Below, piece after piece: positions 1 through 13,804 of a stretch of DNA of 64,000 nucleotides (positions within the stretch are counted from its first letter, which is position 1; every line of letters begins with the position of its first letter). The stretch lies in NCBI GenBank assembly GCA_028534125.1, contig CM052818.1:15130001-15194000 (forward strand), given 5' to 3'. The position numbers and the translations under genes were made by a program. The stretch is from Lama glama. Lineage: Eukaryota. The notes under the pieces are model-generated. The model searched no databases. It saw only the letters and a list, made by a program, of their open reading frames with translations, and was not told the origin of the DNA.

Positions 1-3000
1 ACACTGGCGAATATATGTGTGACAGCGTCTCTGATGCTTTTGCAATCCGTATTTGTTCAGAGAAAAGGCTTCACTTTGTTGGCTCCTATTTGGAGGAACT
101 TTGAGAGTTTCAATTTCAGGACATTCCAGTTTAGAAGTTTCTTTAATTTGTTGTGCTTCCCTTTATGCCTAGAACTGCATTTTTAATATCTATGCAGATG
201 GTGTGTAAACAGTCAAGAATTTTACACCCACAGTTTGCTTGGTGTGCTGGTAGGGCATTTCTTCAGTGTATAGATTTTCTTCATTCTGATTATGACATAA
301 CTGCTAGATTTCATCAAACGACTTGGAGGAATTTGAGTATATCCTACCTCTTTTTACACCTTAAGCAGAAGTTTCCGGCTCTTATTGCCTGCAATTTGAT
401 GTGTATTTCTTTTTTTCTCTCAACCAAATCTTGCAAAATTTTCTATAGATATTTCATTAAGGGGAAACAGACATTTAGGTTCTATGTGACAATTGAACTT
501 ACACCAAATTATGCTCAAGGTCTTTGAGTACTAATGTGTTCTGAATGATAAAATAGAGAGTTTTTGTTTGTTTGTGTTGTTTTGCTTTGTTTTTGTTGTA
601 ACAGAGAATAAGGTTGCATGGTTTTAGCTCAGGTCTTTTGGATGAGGCTTTGGCTTGGGACCCAGGTGCACACTGGCCAACCTACTGATGAAACAGATTA
701 GAATTTCTAAGGTAAAGTTTTTCACAAATGTGAAGAGTTAACCTTGTATAATCCCTGCTATTATTATCAGTCTTTTCAAAGACAAATATTTATTAACAAA
801 TATATATTAAATACTCATTCTTTACCTAGCATTGCACTTGCTTCTGTGAGGGATACAAGACATGTAAGACATGGCTCTTGTCCTGAAGAAGCTTAAAAAT
901 CCAGGTATAGATATCGAACAAGTATGCACAGATAAATTTTATGCAGAGCTATGTGCTTGAGGAGAAAAGTTTTTTTTCCCCCCCATTTCTGGCTTTTTTG
1001 AGGTGAAAATTTTCTGAGCACACTCCAGGCTTCTCTCTCCCTTTTATTCACTCCACCCCCATGGAGGGGAGGAGTGACCCATGTGACTGGTGAAACATAC
1101 TCTAGATGGTTCCATCCTTCTTTCTCCTCTTGGGAACTAGTTTGTTCACAGATAGCGTGGGCTCTCCCAAATGCTTCTCTTCCTAAGTGTATTTTTAACC
1201 TGGGCACGTTTGTACCCCTTGCCCAGGTCCTGGGCAGCCTAGACTGGGAGAAAATCTGCCTAAATAAATCTAGGGGTTAGTCTTAGCAAAAGTACTTGGT
1301 AATAAAGTTGGTGTTTTGGCTTCCATATTTATTCTTTTATTTAAATCTCAGTTTTTACAGAAACCACGTTAGGAAGAGCCCTGAGTAGTATATGATGCCG
1401 TGGCTAACATCCATGGTAAATCAGTGTCGGCTGTATGTGGCTGGGGAAGACTTCGTGAAGACTCACTGGAGTTAGATCTTGAATGACTAGGGTTTGGAAT
1501 CAGAAAGAAGATTTGAACTCTTTTCAGTCTCATTTGCAATCTCTTTAACTTTTAGACTAATGTAGTAAGGAAAAATAATAATGATTTTCTGATTGCAGAT
1601 GACCTCCTGGGGTCAGGAAAAGGATTTTCATGAACATCACAAAGGAAAAGGAACTGAGAGTTGAATGCCTGATTTTTGTAATTTCCCAGGTTTGTAGATA
1701 GAAGCAAATTATGTTCCTGAACGGCTGAACTGCAAAACCGTTTTTAAAGACGTGTCATTTGCCCAAACCCACTAGTCAACTCATCCAAATTCTTAGAGAA
1801 ATGGCTCCGTCTGCCAGAGGACACGATACCTTCAGGTTCTACCGGTTGAGAGCAGGAGGGGTAGGAGGCCGCCTCCTAGAACCACTCAACATCTTCAGTG
1901 CTTCCCACCTTTCCAGGGTCTTTGGGACGGACACTGAAAATCAGTTGCCAAATATGAATCACAGCCATCGGAAGACATGTTTGAAGGTGGCTCCTCTGCC
2001 TGCTGTGGGATTGTAGGCAAACCAGCTAAACACTATGAATCTTACTTCTCTTGGGTCAGACGTTGAAATGAGTGCAGGCTCTTCAAGATCACTGCCACAC
2101 TCCTGGACAGAGCTTTTGTTAGAAAATTTGTGTTAATTAATCAACAAGTTCCTGGAGCTCTATAAAACCTTGTGGATTTGAATACAAACAAAGAGAAAAT
2201 GTCTATTATCTCCAAATTAGCCCTCCTGCTGTGCCTTCAAATGAATCTGAAATCCCCATTGACATGCTGCAATGGTGAAAAAACTTCTCAAAGGTTATTT
2301 GAAATCTGAGCTAATTGCAAAAGGATTGATTTCTAGCAAATGTGGCAAAATGACCAAAAGGGATTCAGGACAATGTCTTACACAATGTGATGCTCAATAA
2401 AAGGTCATTGACTCAAGATGAGATTAAGGATTCCTTAGCATGTCTTGAACATTCATGTGCTTTATTGCTTCCTCCACTTCCTCTGTGCCCCAGATCTCTC
2501 CTCATTCCATGCCCAAACAAGTTACCAAATGTTGGAAGAGGAAAGCTGGAGTCCTGCTGTGTTGATTTTGCTTTATTTGTTCTGGATTTAGAGTTAAATC
2601 CTTCCAGTAGATGAACTGTATCAAGGGCTTTTCATTTCATATTACGAAGTGTGTTGTTATGCACAGTTCATTCTATTAAAAAATGAAACACGTAGACCTA
2701 AATTAAAATGCATAATGTAGATCCCTCAGAGGGGGCTTCTGAAACACCAGGCATGAAATGTTGCATAGATTTCTTGTTAACCAGAAAATTATTTCAGCAA
2801 GTGACCCTTCCTGAGGCTTCGGGAAGGAGCTGGGGTGTCATGAGCCTCTGAAGCTACAAAGTGGGTGCTTGATATTACTAACATTTTTCTCAGTTGCCAG
2901 CAAATCTACATTGCCATCTGTCTCAAGCTTCGCCAGAAGCTACCTGTGGTTTAAAGGCCAGAAAGGTCTGGACAACAAGAGGGCTTAGGGAAATGATGAG

Positions 3001-3692
3001 GAAATAAAATATTTGCAATTTTTTTGTTAACTCTCCTCTTGACACACTGTGTGAGGTGTTCAGTTCTTTCTCAGGTTTCATGCTGTGAAGATACTTTTAT
3101 GATGATTTTTTTAAAAAAGACAAAAGCGACTTCCTATGGTGGACACAGTCATAACATAGTGTCCAGAAATATGTCCTGAAATACAGTTATCAGCCCTTAT
3201 ATTTGAGCTATTTGGTAACGCTCTCAGTGGAGAAGTAAACCGCTGGGGGAAGATGTCTCTGTGAGAGAAGCTGAAATTTGTTCAATAAAACTGAGTTCCT
3301 CTGTAGCCAAAGGGAATGAGAGAACTGAAATGTTCATCAGCAGAGTTCAGAAAAATCCTCTTGTAGGCTACATTTCCAGTAATTGTCTCAATGCAGTGGC
3401 ATTTACACTGACATCTGCTCCTTCTGTCTTCCGCAGCTGCGTTCTAAAGAGCAAGCTTTGGAAATCAGATTTTAAATTGTGGCTACTCAGTGACTGTGGG
3501 CCGCTAAGGCCTTAACTAGGTATATGAAAGGGAAATGGAAATTGCCCACGTAAATGGAAATGTCGCACTAAATATGTTGTGTTTTTATTTTCAGCCTTAA
3601 AAACCAAAGCCTAACCATGCAATATCATTCAAAAAAAAAAAAAAGAAGAAATTGACATGGTAATCGGTCAGCAGTTCTAAAAGATCAAATAT

Positions 3693-3768
3693 GGCCAGCT
3701 ACCTTGTTACTTGCTGGGTGACCTTGGCCAACTTGAGTCCTGTTTCCTGATTTCTAAAATGAGGAGCA
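3693..3768 (+). mobile_element. MIR SINE core fragment
   Basis: tgctgggtgaccttggccaactt...tgtttcctgatttctaaaatgagg resembles the MIR core. Confidence 0.55.
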
Positions 3769-4530
3769 GTGAGGATCCTATGACAAAACCACATATAACT
3801 CCCCAAGCCCAGTTCTTGGAACGTTGGGAGATTCATTATTTCTATCATTTTATTTCCATCCCTTTTCCTGTCCCTCTTTCATATTGTTTTCTGTGTGACA
3901 AGGTTAAATAGTAGAAGTAACATGGTGACACCAAAAGTCATGCTTTCCTGTTTATATAAAAACAAAATCACAGTATTAAAGAGATTTTCCTTGATAATAC
4001 CAGGTAAATAAATTGTCCAGTTATGGAGGATCACCAGTATGAAAATAATTTTTCTTTCTGCATGATTGCATGATTCCAAGATGTCCCATTCTGACCCTCA
4101 TCCTTCTGCATTTTCTCCATTCTAAGGAGAAAGTCTAAGTGTAAGGACTACATTCCTTAGTAGTCTCTTGCATCCTTCATTAGTAAATTCTTATAAAGCA
4201 TCCAATTGGTTCGGAGTAGAGGTAGATTTAGGATTTTTGGAAGGCCTGTGCACTAAGGAGTGGGGAGACTAAATCTTGAGTCTCCCTCTACCTCTGACTT
4301 GCTGTGGTTCCTTGAGCAGCCTCGAGTGAGAAAATTAGTGTAAAAGCATCTGTCGGGGTCCTTTTTGCATGCTCCCCTTCTGAATGGAGACAATGTGAAT
4401 GGGTATCCTAACAGCTTACAGTTTTCAGCTTGTTGATATCAAGAGAGTAGTATTCCATGAGTCCTGGAAAGGCAAGTGTGTAGGCCAGAGGTCCCAGAGT
4501 CTCAGGGAATGGGGTGTGAGAGGATGGTCA

Positions 4531-5043
4531 TGTTCTAGGCCTTGGTTGAGTCCCTGGGATGTGCCTTGCCAAGTGAGGGTCTTCAGCTTTGCACAGGAAA
4601 GAATTCAAGAGTGACCCATAGTAAATGAAAGCAAGTTTATTTAGAGTTACACATTCCATGGACAGAATGTGGTTTGTCTCAGAAGGGAGAGCTGCCCAGG
4701 GGTGTGGGTGGGAGTGGTTAGTTTTTATGGGTTGGGTAATTTCATATGCTAACAAATGGGAGGATTACTCCAACTATTTTGGGGAAGGGGTGGGGGTTTC
4801 CTGGAATTGGACCCACTGCCCACTTTTTGGCTTTTATGGTCAGCCTTAAACTGTCATGGCCCCTGTGGGTGTGTTATTTAGCATGCTAATGTATTATAAT
4901 GAGCCTATAATGAGGACCCAAGGTCTATTGGATGGTGAATCTTCTGCCATTTTGGGTCTAGCTGGTTCCAACCAATTTGTGTCATAGCCTCAATGGCTGT
5001 GTCATTCTTTTAATGGTGTCATGCCCCCTTTTCTCCTGCCTCA
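4531..5043 (-). mobile_element. ERV1-class solo LTR
   Basis: TG...CA termini (tgttctagg...ctgcctca); reverse poly(A) signal in gcaagtttattt near 4636; caggaaagaattcaagagtga motif typical of ERV1 LTRs; about 510 bp. Confidence 0.7.
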
Positions 5044-6344
5044 GCTGGGCCCATAGGGATGGGTAGGTAAATGTATAAAGGTAGGAGCCCAGGAAAAGAA
5101 GAAATGGTGGAGACAGATGAGTTGGAGAGCATAGCCCATGTAAACTTTACTCTAAATTATTCTAAACTTCATTAAATGCTAACCTATAAAAATGGCATCT
5201 GCTGCTCGATCTGGCCTCAGGTTGCCAGCTGACAGATTCTAATGTGGACCATGGGTTGAAAACTCAGGCGAACCTGAGAAAGGTGCTGACCAGCCTCTTC
5301 TGGGTGGTGTTCTTTTTGGGAGGGGTGGGCCCGTCTGAGTTATATTTTTTTTTTCCTATTTCTAAAGGATTCAGCCTCATTAGAACCTACGATCCTGGAA
5401 AATCAGCAGAATTTTAACTGCCGAAATTTCTGAGTCAGCATGGGGTGCTGATGTGCTCCCAGCCACACCTTTGGTTTGTTTTGCAATTCAGAACTGGGTT
5501 TCCCTGCTGTGGCTGATGCAGTTGGCTTTGGTTATAGTGCAATAAATTCAAATAAACATTTATGAGGGTAAGTAATCATATTTTATGCAAACAAATTATT
5601 CTTCCTTAAAAGTCACTTTTTAAAAATGCATGCTATTTCTTTTCTCAGTCAGCATGTCAAGCCAATAAAAGTCATTGTATCCTCAAAATTCCCTTCATGA
5701 CTGTTTATTGTTCCATTTATGTTAAATTTAGAAGATTGGTCTCCATTTTGTTTCTCCCCTCTCTGCGCATTAAAATTTTATTCTCTTACCACTCACGTAA
5801 GAAATCATGATTAGTTCACGTATCCCATAATTATGGCAAAAAACTAGAGATAGTTCCTTCTAAGAGAGGACAGCGCCCATTAAAAAATGTACGTAGGTTC
5901 TAAATTCAAGAAACTTGAGTTACTAGCTCATTAAAATTGGAGTTCAGTATTAAAACAAAGAGCTTTGTGACCCAAAATGTCTTCCTGGTCAAGTGATAAA
6001 ATACTCTTCTGACCTATTTTAGGTATCCAGTTTGCTTCCTTATCAGCGAATGCCTCATTGCTGCTGAGGAATTTATGCAGGCTGTGATGGAGAACGATCC
6101 TCAGTCCCTTTCCCTCTTGTGAACGAAAAGCACAGTGAAGCTCAGACCTAACATCTTGATGCACTCGTTTGAGCATGTGCTTTTGAGTGCAGGGAGGTAC
6201 CTCTAGGGAAGAGAACGGGAGATGCTTTCAGTCCTAAGGGAGTCTGGAAGGGAGATTAAGATGAAATTATGGGAATGAGGGATTGGGAGGAAAGTGAGTG
6301 AATCCTTGTATGCCACTTCTGAAGTGTTTTGCTGGGGGGGGGAC

Positions 6345-6715
6345 CTTTAGGGGGATAAAATTCACCACCCCAAAATGTCTCTTTGGCATGTAAATTATTT
6401 CTAGCTGAAAACAATCAAGGCTGAAAGGACTCAGGAATAACCTCTGACTTTCCTCCTAATTGCCTAAAGAATGTAGATGGAAGGCCGGTTCCAGGAAAGG
6501 TGCCGTCACCATGGATGGCTACAGTATGAACTAGGTGTGCAGAGAGGGAGGAACCTAGCAAAGTCTCTTTGTTAAAATTCCTCTCTGTGTCACATTATGT
6601 CCACATGGCCCAGCAAACATTTGTCTGCCAAACACCTGTTCTTCCATCTCCATGTCAGTTGCCTTCCTCCCCTCTGAGTTTCCAAACCACAACCCACAAC
6701 ACCCCAAGTTTTCTC
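6345..6715 (+). mobile_element. MER34/MER39-like ERV1 LTR (partial)
   Basis: caccaccccaaaatgtctctttggcatgtaaattatttctagctgaaaacaat matches the recalled MER34-family 5' end. Confidence 0.65.
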
Positions 6716-7099
6716 CATTCTATGCTATATGAAATGTTCTCTTAGGAACATGCAGTCTGCTGAGGGGAACGTCCAAAGCCATCTGAACCTACACCAGATA
6801 TTGTGGTGGTGTAAAAAGCCTCTTCTGAGAATACAGCTCTCTGAAAAGAAACCCTCTGAAACCCACGTGAGTTTAGCTTGCATTTCACATGAGTGAATAT
6901 ACAGTCTGGTGACTTCTTGGCAATAGAACCTGACTCTCTAGAATCTTTGCTTCTGCATTCTTTGACAGGTTCTAAGATGATGGCTTCTGACTGGGCAAAA
7001 ACCTTGTACCCAGAATAAGCACCTGCATGTCATTCCCCCACGGAGATGGAGGAGATGTCAGAGCATGAGACACATGTAGAGTTGTGCCAGGCAATACAG

Positions 7100-7300
7100 G
7101 TGGTTTCAGTCCTATTTGGCCACTAACTGGCTCTGTGACCTCGGGCAGATTACATAACTGTTCTGCACATTGGTTTCCTCATCTACAAAACAGGGTTAAT
7201 AGTACCTACTTCCTGGGGTTGTTGTATTAAATAAGAGAACACATAATAAAATGTCCATCATGATGTTTGGAATAAAATAGGTACTCAAAAAATAGTAGCT
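7100..7300 (+). mobile_element. MIR SINE
   Basis: ctctgtgacctcgggcagattacataac...tttcctcatctacaaaacagggttaatagtacctac...taggtactcaaaaaatagtagc. Confidence 0.8.
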
Positions 7301-7841
7301 TTATTACTTTTATTATGGTGATTTCCCATCATAGTAACTCTAGCATAAAACAGCTTAACTGATTTGCACGTACTACTTAGATATGCATTTCACTCTGGTT
7401 ATTTAAATCCATTTTTATTCCGTATTCAGTTTGAAGTATAGTTCGTGTCATGAATATTACTTTCAGTCTTTATACTAGAAACACTCAGAAAATTATTGTT
7501 AGCAATGTATAATAATTATAATATTTTTGACTTTGTGTTTTAAAAAATAACCAGTCATAGTTATAAATATCTAAGTGTAATATTTCCTTGTCTACTGAAG
7601 GGAAAATATTTTTCATTTATTGCAGTTCTACCTCTGAAAATAAACACCACAGTGTAAACATACCAGCAAGTCTGTCTTGAGTTTAAAAATCAGTGAAAAT
7701 AAATTTAACTTCAGGGAAAGAAAATGAATGCACCCCTCAAACCCCTGTTTGAGAAGATGTATGTCCTTGGAGGAAAGAAGATGAAAAGTAGCTAGCCAAA
7801 ATGGAATATTATTTTTCAAATTCATGCTAAAACCAATATTT

Positions 7842-7901
7842 ATCATCATCATCGTAATCACCATCATCGTTGTCATCATCATGATTGTCATCATCATCAT
7901 C
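7842..7901. repeat. Imperfect (CAT)n microsatellite
   Basis: atcatcatcatcgtaatcaccatcatcgttgtcatcatcatg...; explains the Met/Ile-rich ORFs here. Confidence 0.9.
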
Positions 7902-8714
7902 AAGCTTGGCAGGCTAAACAGACCATCATTTGTCTTTGCTGTCCATAGAAATGAGGTCTCATCCTGCAAAAATATCAGGGGTCTTCAAGTTCCCAAGTGG
8001 ACTTTCTAGTTCAGGGGACAGCTGCTGATAGTTGAAAGATGCATTGACATCTGTAAGAAACTGCATTCATTTCCCAAAAGACCCACAGTTTCCAGTTCTG
8101 GAACAGGGTGAGTACCCCTTCACCTGTGCAGCTTCTCTCCCTTTCTCCTCAGCTGGTCTCTGTCCCTGAGGTCCTTCCTCCCTCTGTACTTTCCATCAGC
8201 CGCCTCTCCTCCTCTATGTTGACACTGACCCCTAGAGCTGCCCTCTCTGTGGTTCTGGTCTCATTATTCTTTATTTTGCTTAACTGTATTCTTTCACCCT
8301 GTGTTTCTTTGTACTTCCTGGGCCACTGGATTCTTTGCTTGCATCCCTGGAGGCTGCTGCAGTCACATTCTGAGTCACCTGTGATCTAGCCCTGGACTGG
8401 CTCCACCTTTGGCTGACTTCAAGTCCCTCCACCTGCAAGGAGCTCTTTCACATGAGCTGGTCACCATGTGAACTGATGGCCTATGTTGAGCATTGCCAAA
8501 GTCAAGTGAGTCCCCACTGCTTATGAAACCTAGAGTCAAGAAGAGTTCATTTTCTTCTTCTTTTCTCCCTTCAACTACTTCTCTGGCTCAGAATCTGCTC
8601 TGTGGACCAGATGATGCCTCAGGTGGGCATATGTGTGTGTCAGTGTAAGATCTGTCTCTCTGCTTGTGGTGGGAAGAAAATTTTGTCATTTTAAATGCTC
8701 GTTCATTTGGGATA

Positions 8715-8990
8715 TTGTGTTCAAACTACAGTTTAAGATCCATTAGTGGGTCATGAAATCAACCTAACAGGTTACAGCCAAGTAGAAGTTTTTCATTAAA
8801 AAATGAAGTAGAATTAAAAAAAAAAAAAGAAAATATCAGGGAGAATTTTAATGAGGGTACAATGTCTCTACATCTCTTTCTCTCTTCCACCTATCAGCTA
8901 TCATGTTTGATGTGTGGTAGGTAACCGGGTTGCCATGTAAATGTATTTCTTTTGGAAGGTCTCAACCAAGAAAGCTTGAAAGCCACTGCT
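8715..8990. mobile_element. hAT-Charlie-like DNA transposon remnant
   Basis: tgttcaaactacag...cattagtgggtcatgaaatcaa start and ttgaaagccactg end resemble CAGTG-type Charlie termini. Confidence 0.45.
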
Positions 8991-10309
8991 CTTGTAGAAT
9001 TATAGCATAATTTCACCCAGGAGAAACATTTTTCTTTTGTTTTGAAAATTTAAATACCTCCTTGGGATGGCTTCATAGAAATTGTGATTCCCAGCTCCAT
9101 CCTTCTGACTGCTACATGGTCGGCTCGGGGTGGGGCATTCAAGAGAGAAAAATGATACATGTAGTGGAGTTACCACCACCACTGCCACGATCCCACCCCC
9201 TTTCTTTGGTGAAGAGAGCCCAGGTTTTGGGGTCCCTGCAAATGAACAAGAGAGGAATAGGGGAGACATTGCTGGAGCCAGAGGTCTGGGGATACAGAGG
9301 ACAGGAGGAGTGATGTGTTTTATATCTACATAAAGGTTGCATGGGTAGCTGTTGAATATATGTTGACACACATATTAAATACTAAGCACCCTCCTCGAAA
9401 GGAAGGGAAATTCACATCCTTCTCCCTAACTAAAGGCAATACCACAGTCTCTTTTGTGAATCCCATTCACTACTATCAAACTTTCAAATTAACAAATTAG
9501 AAAGCTGGGCCCCTGAGTTAAAATTTTCTAGTCTAATTTGGGTGACAAGGTCAGATGTCTTTAATGACGGATGGAACTGATTACCTCTATACATTTAGAT
9601 GGAACCTTGGGGATGTGGAGTTGCCGTATTCTTCGCTAAAAGCCAGAAGCTCCGTGGCTGGTCCAAAGCAGGGAGCTTCCTTGGGCAGCCGGCGGGCTGG
9701 GGAACGATGCTGGCAGCACAACATGTCTGTGCGGCTAAATTCAGCTCAGCTCCATTTGAAAGACAGCTGCCTGGGCTGCAAACTTAAAACTATAATGAAT
9801 CACTGCACAGTAGAGTGGGTTAATGCCATAATATCACAGAGAAATCATTTATAATGATGGTGAATTATACAACGCAACAATATGCTGACTTTAATTCCAG
9901 TGCCATATGGCGGTAGGTTTACTTTTATGCCTTTGGGGGATGGGATGGGATGGTTTAGGGCTTTTTGCAGAGAAGATCATAAAAGCATGATGTTATTTTA
10001 TTAGGAGAACGGAAATCTCAGTAAAATATAGGCCTAAGACACAAAATGAAGATGGAGGAGGATATAGCAAATGCAGAATGACTTTTATTATTTTGTAGTC
10101 AGTGAGAGCTGTGGGATATTTATGGTTTCTTTTTGTGATTCCTGAAACAGTGGGCGATTTCACAATGCCTGACCTCTATTGTGGGCCTGTAGCATGCGGT
10201 GCAAACCTGTCTCTGGGTTCTTGGATTAGGGGTGGGCGTGGAATGCATACATCTAAGTCAAGAATCTTGCTGGGACAGTGGCCGAATTGAGTGGTGATTG
10301 TTCTAGTAA

Positions 10310-10510
10310 TAGCTGAAAATTTTGAAGTACTTATAATACATCAGATACTGAGCTAAAGGTTTTCATACATAATCTAAATTAATCCTCACAACAAACCTGT
10401 AAGGTAAATGCCACTAATGCTCTCATTTTATAGGATGGGTACACTGAGGCTTTGAGAAGTTAAGTCATTTGTCCAAAGTCATATAGCTAATACATACAAG
10501 ACTTAAACTG
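10310..10510 (-). mobile_element. MIR SINE
   Basis: aatcctcacaacaaacctgtaaggta...cattttataggatgggtacactgaggctttgagaagttaagtcatttgtccaaagtcatatagc. Confidence 0.8.
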
Positions 10511-11635
10511 ATGTAGACAGAAGAGAGAATGAAAATATACAGTGTCTGGAATACCAGAAAGTTCTTAGAGGGAGGAACATCTGCTTAGATTTCTTGGTTG
10601 GATTAAGTCAGAGAGCACTCACTGAGGATCCACCCTGCAGGGTGCTGGGACAGGCGCTGGAAACCCACTGTTCTTTAAACATGCCACGTACATGAATGAG
10701 AGCAGGAGGAGCCTGGAGAAGGAGCAGGGAACACCCAGGACATGGAAGGACGTGGGGGTGCCTGTCAGTAGTGTCTGTTACCAGGAAAGCGATGGGTTCC
10801 AGTGAAGACACCTGTAGGCCACTTCCATTCCCTTTACATATATCTCATGATTTAAAATGCTGCCTACACATCCCTGCAGAGAAGGTTATGGTCTCCCCAT
10901 CTTTCAGAAAAGAACTTTAGAGGTTTAGAGGCATCACTCAACTTGCTTAAAGTAAACAGAACTGAAAGCTGTGCCTTCTAAGTGCCAAAATCATTGCAGA
11001 TCAGAGCAGGTGCAGGTCAGCTGGCACTCACTGAGACAAGTGACTTTACCAGTTGCCCTTCTCTGTACCTCTGTTCCCCAATCTAGCCAAATGCCCACCC
11101 CGGTGTCACCTGTGGACCCTGGGTCAGCCAGGTGCTGAGATTGACACCCCCCCGAATCCTGCAATAGATGGAAGGACATGATCAGTTGTGCAGTGCATCA
11201 TCTGGTGACTGGCTGGTGACTCTGTCTACATTCTTGGCCTCTTGTTCTACTCCTTGTCTGCCTTCCTGGGCTCTGGTCAGTGCTACCTTCTGACCTGGGA
11301 CACCTTTGACACCTGTGCACCCTTTAAACCCTGCCTGCTTACTATTCTCCACTCCAGGCACTCTGCCCAACTAGGACTCACCTCAGGTGTCCTGGGCCTT
11401 GTGCTTTGTTATCTCTTAACTCTCCAGATCTAAATCACTCTGTTATCCTTCATTTTGGGGGCAATTTACAATATAAAAAGCAAGTTTTTATTTTTCAAAT
11501 ATTAAGTTTTATTATAATGTTGAATACACTTTAAAAATACATGTATTTCCCAACCACCAGAACCAAGACACTAGTGATAAGCCTCAGATATATCTCTCTG
11601 AGATCTTACATTAGAGTCAGTAAAGTCCTCTAGCA

Positions 11636-11790
11636 TAGTGTTTCTAAGAGCTGGCTTCCCATTAGAACCCTTGGGAAGCTTGAAAGAATGGCTGGGACCC
11701 GCTCCAAGGACTCTGATTAAGTTGCTCTAAAGAGTGGGCTCAGGAAACCACAGATAACTCTCATGTGTAGCCAGGATTAGGAACTATTGA
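11636..11790. mobile_element. MER5-like hAT-Charlie element
   Basis: tagtgtttctaag...attagaacccttgggaagcttgaaagaat...gtagccaggattaggaactattg. Confidence 0.55.
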
Positions 11791-11823
11791 GCTAGCCCCC
11801 TCCACATTTTTAATGTTAAAGGG

Positions 11824-11998
11824 TAGGGCTGCCAGATTTAGCAAATAAAATACAAGACCACCAAGTTGAATTTGAATTTCAGACAAATGACAAAAATTTT
11901 TTAGTGTAAGTATATCCCATGCAATATTTGGGACATATTTTTACTAAAAAATTATTTGTTGTTTAACTGGGCATCTTGCATTTTATTTGACAACCCTA
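11824..11998 (+). mobile_element. MER53 palindromic DNA element (MITE)
   Basis: Termini tagggctgcca...tgacaacccta; internal palindrome aaaattttttagtgtaagtatatcccatgcaatatttgggacatatttttactaaaaaatt matches the recalled MER53 consensus. Confidence 0.88.
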
Positions 11999-13804
11999 TT
12001 TTTTGGAAGAATCCCCATGCTTTGGAGAATGTGTTTTCCTTTTCCTGGTTTGACAGATACTCAAACTGTTCTTCATGCTTATGTTCCACTGAAAGGTACT
12101 TGAAATCAAGTTTTTATGCTTATACCTGCCTAGAAATTTCTGCAGGAGAAAGGCTTAGGTATCCAAAGAAGCAGACGTTTCAGCTAGCAATAGATTTCTC
12201 CCTGTCTAGCCCCCTCGTACATTTGCACACTCTGGTTGGTGGCTTATCCAGCCAACTTTATAATCAGTACCATTATGCTAGCTTCTTCTTTGAAATAAAT
12301 CAGCCCGTGAGTCAATCTTCCTAGCTTGGAACAAGAGAGTATTTCAAAGAGTTCTTTTTGGAGGAACAATGGGAGAACTAGGAACAAAGCATTGCAGCTG
12401 AAGAGGGAGGAAACTGTGGTGGGATGTGGAGAAAGCATGTGCTCTATTGGCTTTGTCAAATGGGAGCAAAGTGATTGTGAATCAAGATTTCATCAATAAT
12501 GCATGATTATTTTGAAGACATTAGAGGTAACAAAGTGTTTACAAGCTTTATGACAGTTCTGACATTTTAATGGGCCCTTAAATGAAGTGAATTATTAAAA
12601 AGCGTACTTTGGATGAGGTCATGGACTCTCTAAGTTTAGGGATCAATAGAAATAGACTGTGTATGCCAATATGACTCCAGCTCTGCCAGTAATTTGTGCT
12701 GTCAGGTTATGATATTATAAGGGAACAATGAGAACCCGCCTTCTTCCCCTTACTGACCACCCTCCTCCAACATTTATGGAGACGATCGGATACAGGACAA
12801 GGATCCAATACCGAAAGCTTGATCTTGTTCAGTTCTCATATGGAGAATACACTTAATATGTTGATCTTTCCTTAAGTCATTATGATGAAAATAACAAGAA
12901 GAAAAGTAAAAATCACAAGAAGATAGAGAAGATCTGTCTCTTCCTGTCTTTCTCTTAATGATCTGATTGGTTTCTTTTTTGCCTGACTGCAACCCTCTGG
13001 ATGGCTCCAAATATCAAGAGTGTTACTAGCATTTAAAAACTTTAAAAAAAGAAGCCTTTCTTCAAATGGAATATTCTGTACTAGACCAATATGGATGTAA
13101 TATAGATAAAAGCAGAGCTTTTCATTTGAAGAGGGGGGCCAAAAGCGAGCCCTGCTTGCTCAATCCCACCTACCCTCACCTTAGGTATTTCTGCAAAACC
13201 CTTAGAGTTCTCTGGCGCTCATAGAACCCATGAAAACCACTTATATAGACAGACTGTTTTATTTCTACTTTGTATTTAGCTTCAGGTTGTTTGAATATTT
13301 GCAATCATTGAGATGGTTGTTAACAGGGCCAGCCCTTGTTCCTCTGTCATGGAATCTGTAAGAACATGGTAGCTTAGGGCTCTTAACTATCACAATCTTG
13401 TTCATCAGAGTGCTCTGTTTTCAATGTGTTGCTGTGGATAAAGAGATATTGAGAGATTTGCATTTAATGGCAGTAGAAAATGATGCTTGTCATTCATTGT
13501 AACTCATCCTCTTGAATTGGAGGCTGTAAGTGCTTAGGGGTCTGTGCTTGCAACTGAGAGAGAAGGTAAAGATCCCTGAGCACAAGGGCATTTGGAACAT
13601 GAGTGAGAAACAGCTATGCAAACCCTGGGGCAGTGAAGACGGAGGGTCCTGCTAAGAGGGAGTTTCACTGAATACCCTCTCCTGGATGTGCACTGGCTTT
13701 TGACCTCTTTCACCATTCAGGAATCAGGTTCTTAAACCAGAACCACAATTTCTAAATGATATGAGAGAAAGAAACGAGCAAGGGGAAAAATATCAAAGAG
13801 GTTT

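Noticed and set aside
1361..1415. Possible 55-bp exon (tttttacag...catg|gtaaat)
   Set aside because: Stops in all three frames and a mediocre donor; no other support
7628..8009. Poly-Met/poly-Ile ORFs resembling membrane peptides
   Set aside because: Produced by the (CAT)n microsatellite
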